Source: Oligoflexales bacterium (GTDB lineage Bacteria; Bdellovibrionota_B; Oligoflexia; Oligoflexales; Bog-1112). From it: a stretch of 64,000 bases of DNA. The position numbers and the translations under genes are program-made. The stretch lies in contig JBGCEP010000012.1 in NCBI GenBank assembly GCA_045106415.1, forward strand, positions 1-64,000, in the 5' to 3' direction. The stretch's first letter is position 1. Each line of letters starts with the position of its first letter. Positions 48,640 through 60,369 of this stretch are shown piece by piece. The notes beneath the pieces were generated by a model. It saw nothing but the letters and a program-made list of their open reading frames with translations, had not been told where the DNA came from and did not search any database.

Positions 48640-50382
48640 TTGAGACAAATATTAGACCAAGGAAGTTTTATGACGGACCATGAACAGACACAAGAAGACA
48701 CCACGAAGACAGCTGATAAAGCTGCGGTTTCTTCCAACCTTGAACCGTCTGTATCCGAGCAAACGACAAACCCCGCAGAAGACACTCAACCAGAGTCTCT
48801 TGCCCTTGTCGCTGAAGAAATTGTCGCTCCAGCACTCGAGATCGAGTGGGATTCTGCTCTAGAAGATGAAATTAAAGGCGGAAAAAAAGACCGACCTCGC
48901 CCCCAACACAAACCCAAAAAACCAGCAAGTACGTTCAGCGAACTCCCTTTATCTGATTCTGTACGTTCAGCGATTGAAAACATGGGTTGGTCAACTCCAA
49001 CCCCTGTCCAAGCTGAATGCTTACCCTACACTCTCGACAATCGTGATGTTGCTGGTTTTGCGCAAACAGGAACAGGGAAGACAGGCGTCTTTCTTGTTTC
49101 GCTTGCACATCAACTGGAACAGCACCGTAAACGCCAAGAAGAAGCAAAAAACGAAGATGCAAAAGGCTGCCAACCATTTGCACTCGTGCTTGCTCCAACC
49201 CGCGAGTTAGCCGTTCAAATTGAAGATGATTGCAGCAAGCTGTTCGAACTTCTTAAAATTCGCTCTCTCGCTGTTTATGGCGGGACAGATTGGGAACAAC
49301 TTGCGAAAAAGCTCCGCAAGGGTGTTGATGTCATTATCGCAACTCCAGGCCGACTTCTTGACTACGAACGCAAAAACGTCATCGATGTCAGTAAACTTGG
49401 TATGTTCGTGTGCGATGAAGTCGACCGCATGTTTGATATGGGCTTTATTGACGACGTTGAAAAACTTCTCAAAAAAGCCCCTGAAAAATGTCAAAAACTA
49501 CTTTTTTCAGCAACGACAAACGATCGTGTGCATGAGCTCGCTTTTGAATACCTTGATCAACCTGAGTACATTTCTGTCAATCCAGAAGAACTCGCCCCTG
49601 AACGCATTGAACAACACGCTCTTCTTTGTGAAACTCCTGAAAAACTCAGAGTTCTTATGGGTTTACTCAGAGAACACAACCCAGAACGCGCTATCATTTT
49701 TGCAAACACAAAACTGACAGCTGCCTGGCTCCAGTACAAACTGTCTCGCAACCAGTTTCAAGTAAGTATCATCACGGGTGACCTGCCTCAAAATAAACGC
49801 ATCAAACTCATTGAATGCATTAAACAAGGTCAAGTTCGCTACCTTATCGCCACTGATGTCGCAAGCCGCGGTCTTCATATTTCAGGCGTCACTCATGTCT
49901 ACAATTTCGACATCCCTGACGACCCTTCTAACTATGTCCACAGAATTGGCCGAACAGCACGAGCTGGAGCATCTGGCAGTAGCTACACCCTTGTCTGTGA
50001 CGTATACTCTGAGAACTTTGCGCCCATCCAAGAGATGCTAGGCGAAGCAGCCCCTAAATCTCGCTGGTTCGACTCCAAATATCTTGAAATCAAAGACCAA
50101 GCTGGAAACCCTTTCGATGATAACTTTGGCCGCCCAGAGCCAGAACCAGAGCCTAGAAGGCCTGATCATGCTCGCCCTCACTCAAGAGACCGCAAGCCTG
50201 ATACACGCAAAGAAACGCCTCATCGGAATAAAAACCAGCCTCAGAAAAAGCACCCTAAAAAGGATGCTCATTCTGGCAATAAAAAAACTCAGACGCCAGT
50301 AGCAACTAAAAAAGCAACGCCAAGTGTAGGCGCTCTTGCGCGTAAACTTTTCAATGTCTTTTTTGGATGGCTCAAAAAATAA
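48640..50382 (+). CDS. DEAD-box RNA helicase (RhlB-like)
   Basis: AQTGTGKT, PTRELA, TPGRL, DEVD, SAT, SRGLH and HRIGRTAR. Confidence 0.93.
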   Translation: MRQILDQGSFMTDHEQTQEDTTKTADKAAVSSNLEPSVSEQTTNPAEDTQPESLALVAEEIVAPALEIEWDSALEDEIKGGKKDRPRPQHKPKKPASTFSELPLSDSVRSAIENMGWSTPTPVQAECLPYTLDNRDVAGFAQTGTGKTGVFLVSLAHQLEQHRKRQEEAKNEDAKGCQPFALVLAPTRELAVQIEDDCSKLFELLKIRSLAVYGGTDWEQLAKKLRKGVDVIIATPGRLLDYERKNVIDVSKLGMFVCDEVDRMFDMGFIDDVEKLLKKAPEKCQKLLFSATTNDRVHELAFEYLDQPEYISVNPEELAPERIEQHALLCETPEKLRVLMGLLREHNPERAIIFANTKLTAAWLQYKLSRNQFQVSIITGDLPQNKRIKLIECIKQGQVRYLIATDVASRGLHISGVTHVYNFDIPDDPSNYVHRIGRTARAGASGSSYTLVCDVYSENFAPIQEMLGEAAPKSRWFDSKYLEIKDQAGNPFDDNFGRPEPEPEPRRPDHARPHSRDRKPDTRKETPHRNKNQPQKKHPKKDAHSGNKKTQTPVATKKATPSVGALARKLFNVFFGWLKK

Positions 50383-50383
50383 A

Positions 50384-51588
50384 CTACTGATTATTGGGAG
50401 CCACAGCTAACGAGCTCCCAATAATCAAATCTCCCTGCAACACCTCTACAGCTCCAGGTCGAACCACCGCAACGCCCCCTGAGTCACTCACTTCGACAAC
50501 ATAGAGTTGTCCAATTGACTTCAAGCGCCCAGCCATCAAACGATGAACTTCCAACAAATTTCCTGCTTGGACCCCATCTGATCGGCCTAAATTTACAGCA
50601 ACAAAGTTATGAGAATGTCCAATTCTACGCCCAGGTGATGCAAAAGCTAAAATCTTCCCCGAACGGCCGGGTTTCACAGTACGTTGAGAATCAACAAAGC
50701 GCGGCACTTGAGTTTTAGGATTTCTATATTCAATGAGAATGTCTTCTGGCTCAACTTTTAAATAAGGATCCTGCAAACGACCCCACGCACGACCTCCTTC
50801 AAACTTTAACAACTCCATCTGCCCTACATACCGGTAAAAACGTCGGCCTTGCCTGCCAACATCCTTTGCGGGTCTAGCCAAAACATAGGTTTTTCTTAAC
50901 TGAATTTCTTCTTCAGGAAAAATATAAATCACTCGACCAAAACGAACTCCACCTTCACCAACACCATTCACTTTGCCTAGGACTCTAATACGCTGATCCA
51001 CAACAAACATAGGCTGCGTTGTCACATCAGGGATATCACCAGCAACAGGCCCACTGTATGAAATCTTTCCTTCTTCCATTGAAGACAAATCTTCAACACC
51101 CACTAACTCAGCGGAGCCAGGTGCAAAAGGCCTCCATTCAGGAATTTCAATATCTAAAAGCTGCTTCTCTTCAATGTCATCTTCTAAAAACACAATGTCA
51201 TCATCTTCCAATACTTCTAAAAATGGTGGAAGGTCGTCACTCCCTGGGTAAAATCGCAGTCTCATCCCCGGCCAAACAAAATGTGGATTTTTAATAAAAG
51301 GGTTTAGAGACCATAAACGAGGCCAATATCCTGGCTTACCCAGCAATTGATCACAAATATCAATAAGGGTATCACCGTGTTGAACTGTATAAATCTCGGG
51401 CGCATCAATCGCATCTAGCGGTTGAGTTTCACCAGGGGTGTATGGAGCTCCCGAAAACATGTTACTACCCGGAATCGGACCAATAAGAATATCTTCACCT
51501 CGAACCACTTCGCTACCTGTGAAGTCTTCCGCATGAAGAGAAAAAAACAAAACGTCATAATTCAACAAAAAAAGAATTAAAAGTACTC

Positions 51589-51592
<4 letters not shown>
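50384..51592 (-). CDS. LysM domain protein, TsaP-like
   Basis: YTVQHGDTL...WPRLWSLNPFIKNPHFVWPG and a C-terminal 'VNLGRSDGVQAG' FlgT-like domain. Confidence 0.75.
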
Positions 51593-52439
<847 letters not shown>

Positions 52440-52443
<4 letters not shown>

Positions 52444-53264
52444 ATTCCCTCCAACCGACTCAGCTGCCGAATGTATTGATGTAATATTTCTTGAAAACCA
52501 TTTTGGCTCTGCTCTTTTAGAAAGAAAAACCCAAACTGGTGAGTGAAATAAGAGCTTTCTTTTCCTCTAAATTTTTCGGTTTGCCTCAGCCTCTTAGACC
52601 ACTTGAGCTCCACTCCGACTTGAACTCTTCCCAATGAAGACAATAAAAGTTGGGCGTCATAGTCAAGCATCCCTGGTTCTAAATTTCTCACCTGCCCGGG
52701 AAAAACCGTCTGCATAGAAAATCCACCCAGGCTTAAATCTTTCACTATAAAAAGCTCTTGAAGCTCTTGGTAAGGAGCCCATACGGGAAAAAAAGAAAGT
52801 TCCTCATCGTCGGCACTCATTTTACGCCGTTCATCAAGACCCGAGCGATTCTTACTCAATTTTAGATAGGGCTGAAGAGTTCCAGATGTTTTAAACCTCT
52901 CATTCTCTCGCCTCTGCACACTCAAAAGGACATCTGGCATGCCAATATAAATTCGACCTTCTGCCTCAAATGACTTAAGAAGAGGAACCACTGTCATAAT
53001 TTTTGTAGAGAGCATCATAAATTCAACATAAACTTTGCTACACCTCGATAAATGATTCACTCCTTTTTGCGAGATTCCATGAATATGAAACCCTTCAACT
53101 CTTTCACCTTTCATTTGCAAATGCCCCGACTTAGCCTTCACAGCAACCGGAGATGACGACTGTGTGCGCACAAATAAAGGAATTGCCTCATGGCTCAACC
53201 GCTGGAGAATTCTTCGAATTCTCTGCTTATCTGCAATACGAGTTGTAGTTTCGTTTTCCATCAT
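52440..53264 (-). CDS. YcgR-like PilZ domain protein
   Basis: QRRENER (RxxxR) and DLSLGG (DxSxxG) motifs, plus an N-terminal barrel. Confidence 0.78.
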
Positions 53265-53289
53265 GAATTAAAATGTCATCAATCAATTA

Positions 53290-53919
53290 ATGGATATAGA
53301 TATGATCAGTCTACCACGCAGCTCCCTATCTCTTTCGACTTGTCTTTGCCTAGTCGTTTACTCTTTATGTATGGCTCAAAAAGCGCCTTCTGAAATCACA
53401 GAACTCAATAAGCTCTCTGTTTTTGAAGAGCAATATCTTCTTTTTGGCATGAATCGAAACTTCCCAGTCAAAGACAGCCTCAACACTCTTGGCCCATCAC
53501 AAGCTCATCCATTTATAGGGTTTGGGCACACACTCCACCAAGAATGGTTTTTGAATGTCCAAGCTGGATTTCGATTTTTAGATAAAAAGTCTTCTTTTCA
53601 AATCACCGGCCAAAACCAAGATCCTCGAATTGCAATTTGGAGTGTCAGCCAAGAATCCCTCGGTATCATCCGCATTTCTCACCCACTCTATTTGCTTACA
53701 GGACCAAGCCTTCTCTACCTATTGCCGACGCGCAAAGGCATGCTTCCCATTCAAAGAGACCCTGACTTTCCACTTGAGGTTGGGGCAGGGTGGAGCGCAT
53801 GGTTTGTGTGGACAAAACCTTCTTACTTCTCAGCCGTTAAATTTGAAAGATGGAGAGGGACTTATTCACATCGCCTCCATGCATTTCAAATTTCTTGTCT
53901 CTTAGGGTTTTCTATTTAA
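53290..53919 (+). CDS. Hypothetical exported protein, possible small beta-barrel
   Basis: Signal peptide, amphipathic strands and C-terminal LLGFSI. Confidence 0.55.
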   Translation: MDIDMISLPRSSLSLSTCLCLVVYSLCMAQKAPSEITELNKLSVFEEQYLLFGMNRNFPVKDSLNTLGPSQAHPFIGFGHTLHQEWFLNVQAGFRFLDKKSSFQITGQNQDPRIAIWSVSQESLGIIRISHPLYLLTGPSLLYLLPTRKGMLPIQRDPDFPLEVGAGWSAWFVWTKPSYFSAVKFERWRGTYSHRLHAFQISCLLGFSI

Positions 53920-53939
53920 TAAATCATGCAGAGTATGGA

Positions 53940-54938
53940 TTACAAATCATCTGGTATTGAAGTCGTTTTAACCACACATCTGGCGAGCCTCACAACCGTA
54001 GACCAACCAAACCGGTCTGAAGCCCACAATTCATGAAGCCCTTTTGACTGTAAATATTCGTCGGCAGTCATAGAGTTTTTAAAACTCACATTACCGCTAT
54101 AAACAAGTGCAGACTTATGAACCAAAACACGATCTGTATGCGTAGGCCTGCGGTCACCATACACCCCATAATAGAATTCATTTAAAGGGGTCGCGGTATA
54201 ACAGCGACTTTCTTGCTCACAAAACTCTTGAGCTGTATCCATTAATTCAAGGCCATTTTTAAAAATATCATACTGCCCAACGCCAACATCTTGTGGCATG
54301 AAGCCACCAACAATCACTCGTTGTGGGCATATGTTTTCACGATCTAAAAAAACATCAATACGATCACGTAAAACACCATACCAATGGCCAATACGCTCTT
54401 GTTGCTCAGGCATATCAACATTAATCACCGCAACCGCCTGCCCCTCAAAATCTATCACTGAAGCTACAGCCCAACCATCATAACCTAAAGGCCAGCACTG
54501 CCTCGCATCACCTCGAATACAAACCTCAGGGGCTGGACGGCTAAAATTAGCAGGAAGACCAACGACTGTAACCATCGACTCTTCTTCATGACTTTTTTCA
54601 TGCTCATGCGCAACACTGCCGGACCACTGATAATCTCCTCCTAAAGCGCCCGCTCGTAACAATCTTTTATCTGATTCAGGGGAATAGTCGCCACCTTTAG
54701 CCATCACCTGCTGAAGAAATAAAAGATCAGGTTTAAATTGCCTCAACTCTCTATCAATCATATCAAGACGACGACGGCGTAAGATCCAATCTCCTTCCCA
54801 TTTCCCATCAGCACCCTGCTGACGAAAAAGAGAAAGAGTTTGAACTGTCATTTGTCGACTATCCCAGGAAGGCTGATTCAGCCCTCCATCAGAGACGCAG
54901 CCAACAGTTATAAAAACCATATATATAATTCTTAGCAC
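53940..54938 (-). CDS. Lipoprotein with a degenerate endonuclease/exonuclease/phosphatase (EEP) fold
   Basis: VGC lipobox; PDLLFLQQV, VIVGGFMP, TDRVLV and ASDRFG occupy the EEP motif positions. Confidence 0.7.
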   Translation of the reverse strand: MLRIIYMVFITVGCVSDGGLNQPSWDSRQMTVQTLSLFRQQGADGKWEGDWILRRRRLDMIDRELRQFKPDLLFLQQVMAKGGDYSPESDKRLLRAGALGGDYQWSGSVAHEHEKSHEEESMVTVVGLPANFSRPAPEVCIRGDARQCWPLGYDGWAVASVIDFEGQAVAVINVDMPEQQERIGHWYGVLRDRIDVFLDRENICPQRVIVGGFMPQDVGVGQYDIFKNGLELMDTAQEFCEQESRCYTATPLNEFYYGVYGDRRPTHTDRVLVHKSALVYSGNVSFKNSMTADEYLQSKGLHELWASDRFGWSTVVRLARCVVKTTSIPDDL

Positions 54939-56098
54939 CCAATTGATCTCGCTATCACAAGTCTTTGTATTTCACTCGTACCTTCACCAATACGAAGAAG
55001 CGCAGCATCGCGATAAAAACGCTCGATAGGATACTCTTTCATCAATCCATAGCCTCCAAAGGTCTGTTGACCTTCTCTTGCACAATACTCTGCAACTTCA
55101 GAACAATATAACTTTGCCATAGCTGCCTGTTTTGCGTAAGGTTTTCCCTCATCTTTCAGCCAACAAGCCTTATACAAAAGGCCTTCAGCAGCTTCAACTC
55201 GAGTTGCCATTTCCGCGAGTTTAAAGCCTACGGCTTGATGTTGAGCAATAGGCCGACCAAATGTTTTTCTTTCATTCGCATACTTTAAAGTCATATCTAG
55301 AGCTCCTTTGGCAAGCCCTAAACCCATTGCTGCAATAGAAAGGCGCCCACTATCAAGAGTTTGCATCATAATATGAAACCCCTCACCTCTTTTCCCTAGC
55401 ATCATATTTTTAGGAATACGCACATCATCAAAATACAACTCCCCTGTATTTGAAGCACGCCACATCATTTTATCTTTCATAGTTTTTGCAGTTAGACCTG
55501 GTGTCCCAGCTGGTAGTAAAAAACAGCTTAACTCTGTACGCCCCTTAGAGTCTTTTCCTGTCACAGCTTGAACTGTCATACCGTCAGTCATAGAGCACGC
55601 ACTGTTCGTAATCCAAATTTTTGAACCACGTAGAATCCAGTCATCTCCATCTTGCTCTGCTACAGTTTTTGAGGCTCGAGCATCACTTCCTGCTTCCGCT
55701 TCTGTAAGCGCAAAACCCCATAAACCTTTTCCAGCACATATATGCGGCAAAAACCGTTCTTTTTGCTCTTCAGTTCCAAAATTTTCAAGAGGTTTTACAC
55801 CGAGACTGTTATGAGCTGCAATCGTAGCAGCTTGAGAGCCGTCAACTCGAGCGAGTTCTTCAACAATAGTGATATACGTTAAAGAGCTCAGCTCTTGCCC
55901 ACCGTACTTCTCACTAACAAGAGCCCCCAAGAGGCCTAGTTCACCCATTTTTTGGGTCAGACTCTCCGAAAAGATTTCATCCCGGTCCAATTCAAAAGCT
56001 TTCGGTGCAATTTCCTGCACAGCAAACTCACGAATCGCATCACGCATCAACTTTAAATCATCGCTATCTTCAAAACTCCAGGACATCCTAACCTCCAC
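54932..56098 (-). CDS. Acyl-CoA dehydrogenase
   Basis: FALTEAEAGSDA, GSKIWITN, GGYG and IGEGTSEIQR. Confidence 0.95.
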   Translation of the reverse strand: MEVRMSWSFEDSDDLKLMRDAIREFAVQEIAPKAFELDRDEIFSESLTQKMGELGLLGALVSEKYGGQELSSLTYITIVEELARVDGSQAATIAAHNSLGVKPLENFGTEEQKERFLPHICAGKGLWGFALTEAEAGSDARASKTVAEQDGDDWILRGSKIWITNSACSMTDGMTVQAVTGKDSKGRTELSCFLLPAGTPGLTAKTMKDKMMWRASNTGELYFDDVRIPKNMMLGKRGEGFHIMMQTLDSGRLSIAAMGLGLAKGALDMTLKYANERKTFGRPIAQHQAVGFKLAEMATRVEAAEGLLYKACWLKDEGKPYAKQAAMAKLYCSEVAEYCAREGQQTFGGYGLMKEYPIERFYRDAALLRIGEGTSEIQRLVIARSIGC

Positions 56099-56116
56099 AT
56101 CATGTCTCGCGTGGGG

Positions 56117-57178
56117 TCAATGATTCCTAAGTCGACCTTCACGCCCAGTTGTACCAAGTAGAATACCAAGATATGAGCGATAACGCCTCTGTGCAACCAA
56201 TCCTTGCTCCACAGCGGCTTTTACAGCACAGCCCGGCTCTTCATTATGAAGGCATTCACGAAAGCGGCAACTATCAACATAGGGCTCTATATCTCGAAAA
56301 CAACGACTCAAAGTTGCACCCTCCATATCGGGAGCAACAAAACTTCGAATCCCTGGGCTATCCACAACATACCCACCTGAACCTAAACGTATAAAGCTTG
56401 CAAAACTCGTCGTATGACGGCCTTTAGTCATTATTTCGTCTTTTTCCACAACTTGTTTCAACTCAGGACGAGCAAGGTTCACCATGGAAGATTTACCAAC
56501 TCCGGAATGGCCCGAAACCAAACTAATATGACCTCGAAATAGCTTACGCACTTCTTTCATTGCGCTAGGGCTTGAGGCTTGAAGAGATAAAACCCTGTAA
56601 CCCATATCTTCATAAATTTTTTGCTGTTCAGCGCACTCTTCTTGAAATCCTTCTTTGGCGCCTACAAGCAAATCTTCTTTATTCAAGACAATCACGGCTT
56701 CAAGACCTTCAGCCTCAGCTAAAGCAAGATAACGATCAATCAACCCCCACTTGACTAATGGAGATTGATAGCTGCTAACGACAATGAGTTGGGTCATGTT
56801 TGCAGCCAGAATATGCAGCCTCTCTGCAACCATAGGATCTTTTCTAAAAATCTTTGCTGTCCTTGGCGCTCTGGCTTCAATGGTGCATTGAGGAAGGTCA
56901 TCACAAATATCTTCAGAAGCTTTTTGACAGTACACTCGATCGCCAACACACACAAAGTGACGCTCTTGTCTTTCTGACTGAAGATGCCGCCTTGCAACCG
57001 TCGCCATCCAAACATCTGTCGTATCCACTTCTCCTTCTTTAGGCTCTGTGGACACAAAAGCGTATCTTTTGTGTACTTCAACAACTCTTGCCTGAAATCC
57101 TTTTTCCAGATCCCAATGCTCAATAGGTTCTATGAATTCACGATTTGTTTTGTTTCTACGAGATTTTTTCACGCTCAC
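56117..57178 (-). CDS. rsgA: Ribosome small subunit-dependent GTPase A
   Basis: NKED, GHSGVGKSS, GRHTT, DSPG and CRFRECLHNEEPGC. Confidence 0.95.
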   Translation of the reverse strand: MSVKKSRRNKTNREFIEPIEHWDLEKGFQARVVEVHKRYAFVSTEPKEGEVDTTDVWMATVARRHLQSERQERHFVCVGDRVYCQKASEDICDDLPQCTIEARAPRTAKIFRKDPMVAERLHILAANMTQLIVVSSYQSPLVKWGLIDRYLALAEAEGLEAVIVLNKEDLLVGAKEGFQEECAEQQKIYEDMGYRVLSLQASSPSAMKEVRKLFRGHISLVSGHSGVGKSSMVNLARPELKQVVEKDEIMTKGRHTTSFASFIRLGSGGYVVDSPGIRSFVAPDMEGATLSRCFRDIEPYVDSCRFRECLHNEEPGCAVKAAVEQGLVAQRRYRSYLGILLGTTGREGRLRNH

Positions 57179-57265
57179 TCTCTACCGAGGGATAGACCAA
57201 TAGGTACCGTGCCTCATATCGTACTTTCACTAAAAAAGCGAGAATTATAGCGTATATGCCTAAAC

Positions 57266-59620
57266 TCATAAAGGAGTCTTAAGCTTCTCTCTAAAGCCTT
57301 GATTCACTAATAAGAAAAAACTTGAAACAGCTTCTTTTATTTCTGAACCTGCGTATAAATGTCCATCTCGAATTTCCACGCCCTTTGCCGTCTCAAGAGC
57401 AAGTAAGCTACTTTTTAATATCTTGCTCTCAATCAGCTCTCTTGACCCAGACAACAATGATTGTCTGTGCAGCATTTTTAAACAACTAACTTCAAACGAC
57501 TGCAACGATAAACCGCCTGATTTCAACTCTTGAGATAAAAAAAGACACATATGACTAAATATTTCAATTTCAGGCTTCATCAATCGGGCAAAGACGCTCA
57601 AATCAGAAAATTCAGAGCTCAAAACATAACTTCTATGAATTTCATCATGATTTTGATGTAAAAGATTTTCATCAACCATCACTTGAACAGCAGCAGAAAC
57701 CTGCTCTTTAGTCATTTTTTCAAGAAAGAGCTCCTGCCCTACGATTTCTATCACTTTACTTACACAAGCACATAATTCATCTTTTTGGATGATATCATTA
57801 TGCATAAAAAATGCAGCAATCAGAGATGGAGCAGCATAAAGGTGCAAAGTATTATTTCTATAATATTGCAACACATCAGCTTCTTGACTATCGACATAAA
57901 CAACAGCTCCAGTCGGATGCGTAAATCGCTTCACACCTCCAAAGGTCAGAGCAATATTTAGAATATCTTGCGCACTTTTATAATCACACTGAATGTTTTC
58001 TCCATGGATTTTCACTAGCATTCTCATCGAGATTTCAATCAAATCTAATATTTGCACTTCGTCTAACGCATCTCCATCAGATGACAGAAGGAGTGTCGAA
58101 ACATGTGCCATTGGCGTAAGAAGGGCTGCTTGATTGACCTTTATCATCATGTTTTTAGCTATTTTTTTAATATCATCAGACTCATAACTCCCATGATTGT
58201 TAATCAGTAAAGGTTCTCCATAATGAAAGTATGCATGACCTGCCCGCGCACCAATAAGTTTGAAAGCATGAAAAAGTTGCCATATAGATTCTACTTTTTT
58301 ACGTCTCCCTCGTCGTTCTGCTGCAAAACTTCTTCCTTCAAACAAACGATCATAATTAATATAAACAGGCACTAAAGCAAGACTACGATCAGCATCTTTA
58401 GCGCTCTGCAAAACCATGCTTAACATTCCTGTTTTGGGTGAGAGAAGTTTACCTGTTCGACTTCTTCCTCCTTCAGGAAAAAACATCAAAGGAAAACCTT
58501 TTCGAATTAAATAAGAAAGATACTGCCGAAAAATACTTGTATAAAGCTTTTGCCCTGCAAAAGTTCGTCTAATATAAAAAGCTCCTGCTCGACGCAAAAG
58601 CCCGCCAATAGGCCAAAAATCAAGATTTTTACCGGCTGCCGTATGAGGAGGGGTCAAACCCGCTTGATAAATCATTTGCCCTAGCATGAGATAATCCACA
58701 TGACTGCGATGACATGGCATAAAAATTAATGTGTGCTTTTCTGCGTAAGGCCTTAAATTTTGGAGACCTCGTATCATGACATCATCATACATCCGAGCCC
58801 ATAGTTTTTCTAAAAGAACAGAACAAAATCGAATAATAGATTGAGTCGGCTTTGCTGCAATTTCGTCTGCATGCTTTTCGGCTTTTATATGCATTTTTCG
58901 CCTTTGAGATTCATTTTTTCCATCTTCTTGGATCATTTTTTGAATCTCAGGTGCCATGACAACATCTCTAATTAACTGTTGACGGTCGTATAATTGAGGA
59001 CCCAAAGAAAAATTTCTCTGCTTTTTAAATTGGATTCTTAATAACCGCCTGAGCTTTCGACCTGTTTCTTGTGAAGATCTATTTTCTTCTTGCAATGCTT
59101 TTTGCACTGAAAGAGGAGATCCTATATGGCAAGAGACTCTTTGTCCTTGTACAAAAAACATAACCAAACGCTGAAGCCATCCACCATACTCATCATCAAA
59201 AAACAAAAGATGGAAAAGGGACTTCTCTTCTCGACCTGGATCTCTTCCCCAAAAAACACTAATAGGGACCAATATCACATCTTTAGAATTTTCTTTTATA
59301 GCATTATTTAAAATAAGCCTAAGTGCTTTAGGAATGCCTCGTTTTGAACGGCTTCGCAACATACCCTTAGGACCAAGTACAAAATTTTTTCTCAGCGGTG
59401 ATAAAAGATGATGTTTTTCAGCATGACCATCATAAACTAAAAGATCAGTTAAAGAGCGACTCCTAAAAACATATTGAATACTATTCGGATCCAATCCCTC
59501 TAATTGCTCAACGCCAAACAATTCACTTCTAACCCAAAGATTCATGAACCATCGTAGTATATAAAGACACAATGTTTGTACACGATTCAAAAAAGTTCTT
59601 TGTAAATGTTGCACACGCAT
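57266..59620 (-). CDS. plsB: Glycerol-3-phosphate acyltransferase
   Basis: WGRDPGRE, HRSHVD, GAFYIRR, FPEGGRSRTG and YYRNN. Confidence 0.92.
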   Translation of the reverse strand: MRVQHLQRTFLNRVQTLCLYILRWFMNLWVRSELFGVEQLEGLDPNSIQYVFRSRSLTDLLVYDGHAEKHHLLSPLRKNFVLGPKGMLRSRSKRGIPKALRLILNNAIKENSKDVILVPISVFWGRDPGREEKSLFHLLFFDDEYGGWLQRLVMFFVQGQRVSCHIGSPLSVQKALQEENRSSQETGRKLRRLLRIQFKKQRNFSLGPQLYDRQQLIRDVVMAPEIQKMIQEDGKNESQRRKMHIKAEKHADEIAAKPTQSIIRFCSVLLEKLWARMYDDVMIRGLQNLRPYAEKHTLIFMPCHRSHVDYLMLGQMIYQAGLTPPHTAAGKNLDFWPIGGLLRRAGAFYIRRTFAGQKLYTSIFRQYLSYLIRKGFPLMFFPEGGRSRTGKLLSPKTGMLSMVLQSAKDADRSLALVPVYINYDRLFEGRSFAAERRGRRKKVESIWQLFHAFKLIGARAGHAYFHYGEPLLINNHGSYESDDIKKIAKNMMIKVNQAALLTPMAHVSTLLLSSDGDALDEVQILDLIEISMRMLVKIHGENIQCDYKSAQDILNIALTFGGVKRFTHPTGAVVYVDSQEADVLQYYRNNTLHLYAAPSLIAAFFMHNDIIQKDELCACVSKVIEIVGQELFLEKMTKEQVSAAVQVMVDENLLHQNHDEIHRSYVLSSEFSDLSVFARLMKPEIEIFSHMCLFLSQELKSGGLSLQSFEVSCLKMLHRQSLLSGSRELIESKILKSSLLALETAKGVEIRDGHLYAGSEIKEAVSSFFLLVNQGFREKLKTPL

Positions 59621-59707
59621 GAAGCCCTCGTTTTAAGATTGCGACTATCATTATTTAAAACTAACGCACAAACACGGAACAGAGATTTCAATGAAGAGTC
59701 CGTTTTC

Positions 59708-59758
59708 TTTGTTCAACCTACTATGAAAACAAAATATTTTCATAGTAGGTTGAACAAA
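59708..59758. repeat. Perfect 22-bp inverted repeat with a 7-nt loop
   Basis: TTTGTTCAACCTACTATGAAAA-CAAAATA-TTTTCATAGTAGGTTGAACAAA. Confidence 0.95.
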
Positions 59759-59776
59759 AAAGTAACAATAAGTTCT

Positions 59777-60037
59777 TGTAGGTAGAAATGAGATGATAGC
59801 GCTCAGCTACACGAATGAAGACGCCTTAAATTCAAGGCATGTGGTGAGGTGGATCGGTTGGAAGATTAAAAGTTTCCTTCATAGAAACTTGGTCATCATA
59901 GACCTGCTCTCGCTTTCGCGTTATCACCTTCGTATGAACTACATCTAGCTCTTCCGACGCACACTATGTTCTTCGGTGTTTTGAGGAGAACCTTAAGCCT
60001 AGACTAAGATCAAGAATGAAAAATTCTATTTATTCTT
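59777..60037. ncRNA. Candidate multibranch non-coding RNA (~260 nt)
   Basis: At least eight stems, including GTTGGAAGA/TCTTCCGAC enclosing three short hairpins. The CWTCRTA motif repeats. The segment is GC-richer than its flanks and has no ORF in the track. Confidence 0.55.
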
Positions 60038-60317
60038 AACAGATTTTCTCTTTTTTAAAAGTTAATTCTCAATAAAAAAGCAGATAAAAACTTCGTAAAT
60101 CAATAGCATATCGCAAGAAACAACTGCATCATTTTTGTTAAGACTTCATTCGGTCTCATTACAATCACAAGACCATTTTTCTAAAAAAATATTTTCAACA
60201 AAGAATCAAAGTAAAACTTCAACATATTTGAAAATATTATATATTCCATTTTTAAGAGAAACCGGTCAAGAAATCCATACTTTTTATATAGACTGCAAAC
60301 CGTATTTATAAATTGCA

Positions 60318-60362
60318 AAAAAGAACTAAAATCCAAGTCAAAACATGATTTTAGTTCTTTTT
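60318..60362. terminator. Bidirectional intrinsic terminator downstream of rodZ
   Basis: AAAAAGAACTAAAATC-13 nt-GATTTTAGTTCTTTTT. Confidence 0.7.
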
Positions 60363-60369
60363 GATTCTC

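Noticed and set aside
59926..59935. 10-nt complementarity (ACCTTCGTAT) to the rpsB leader strand ATACGAAGGT
   Set aside because: Too short to distinguish from chance in 64 kb without conservation data.
59708..60037. Retron msr-msd, CRISPR array or RNase P interpretation
   Set aside because: No reverse transcriptase or cas gene is in the window, there are no regularly spaced direct repeats, and the GAAAGTCC RNase P core is absent.
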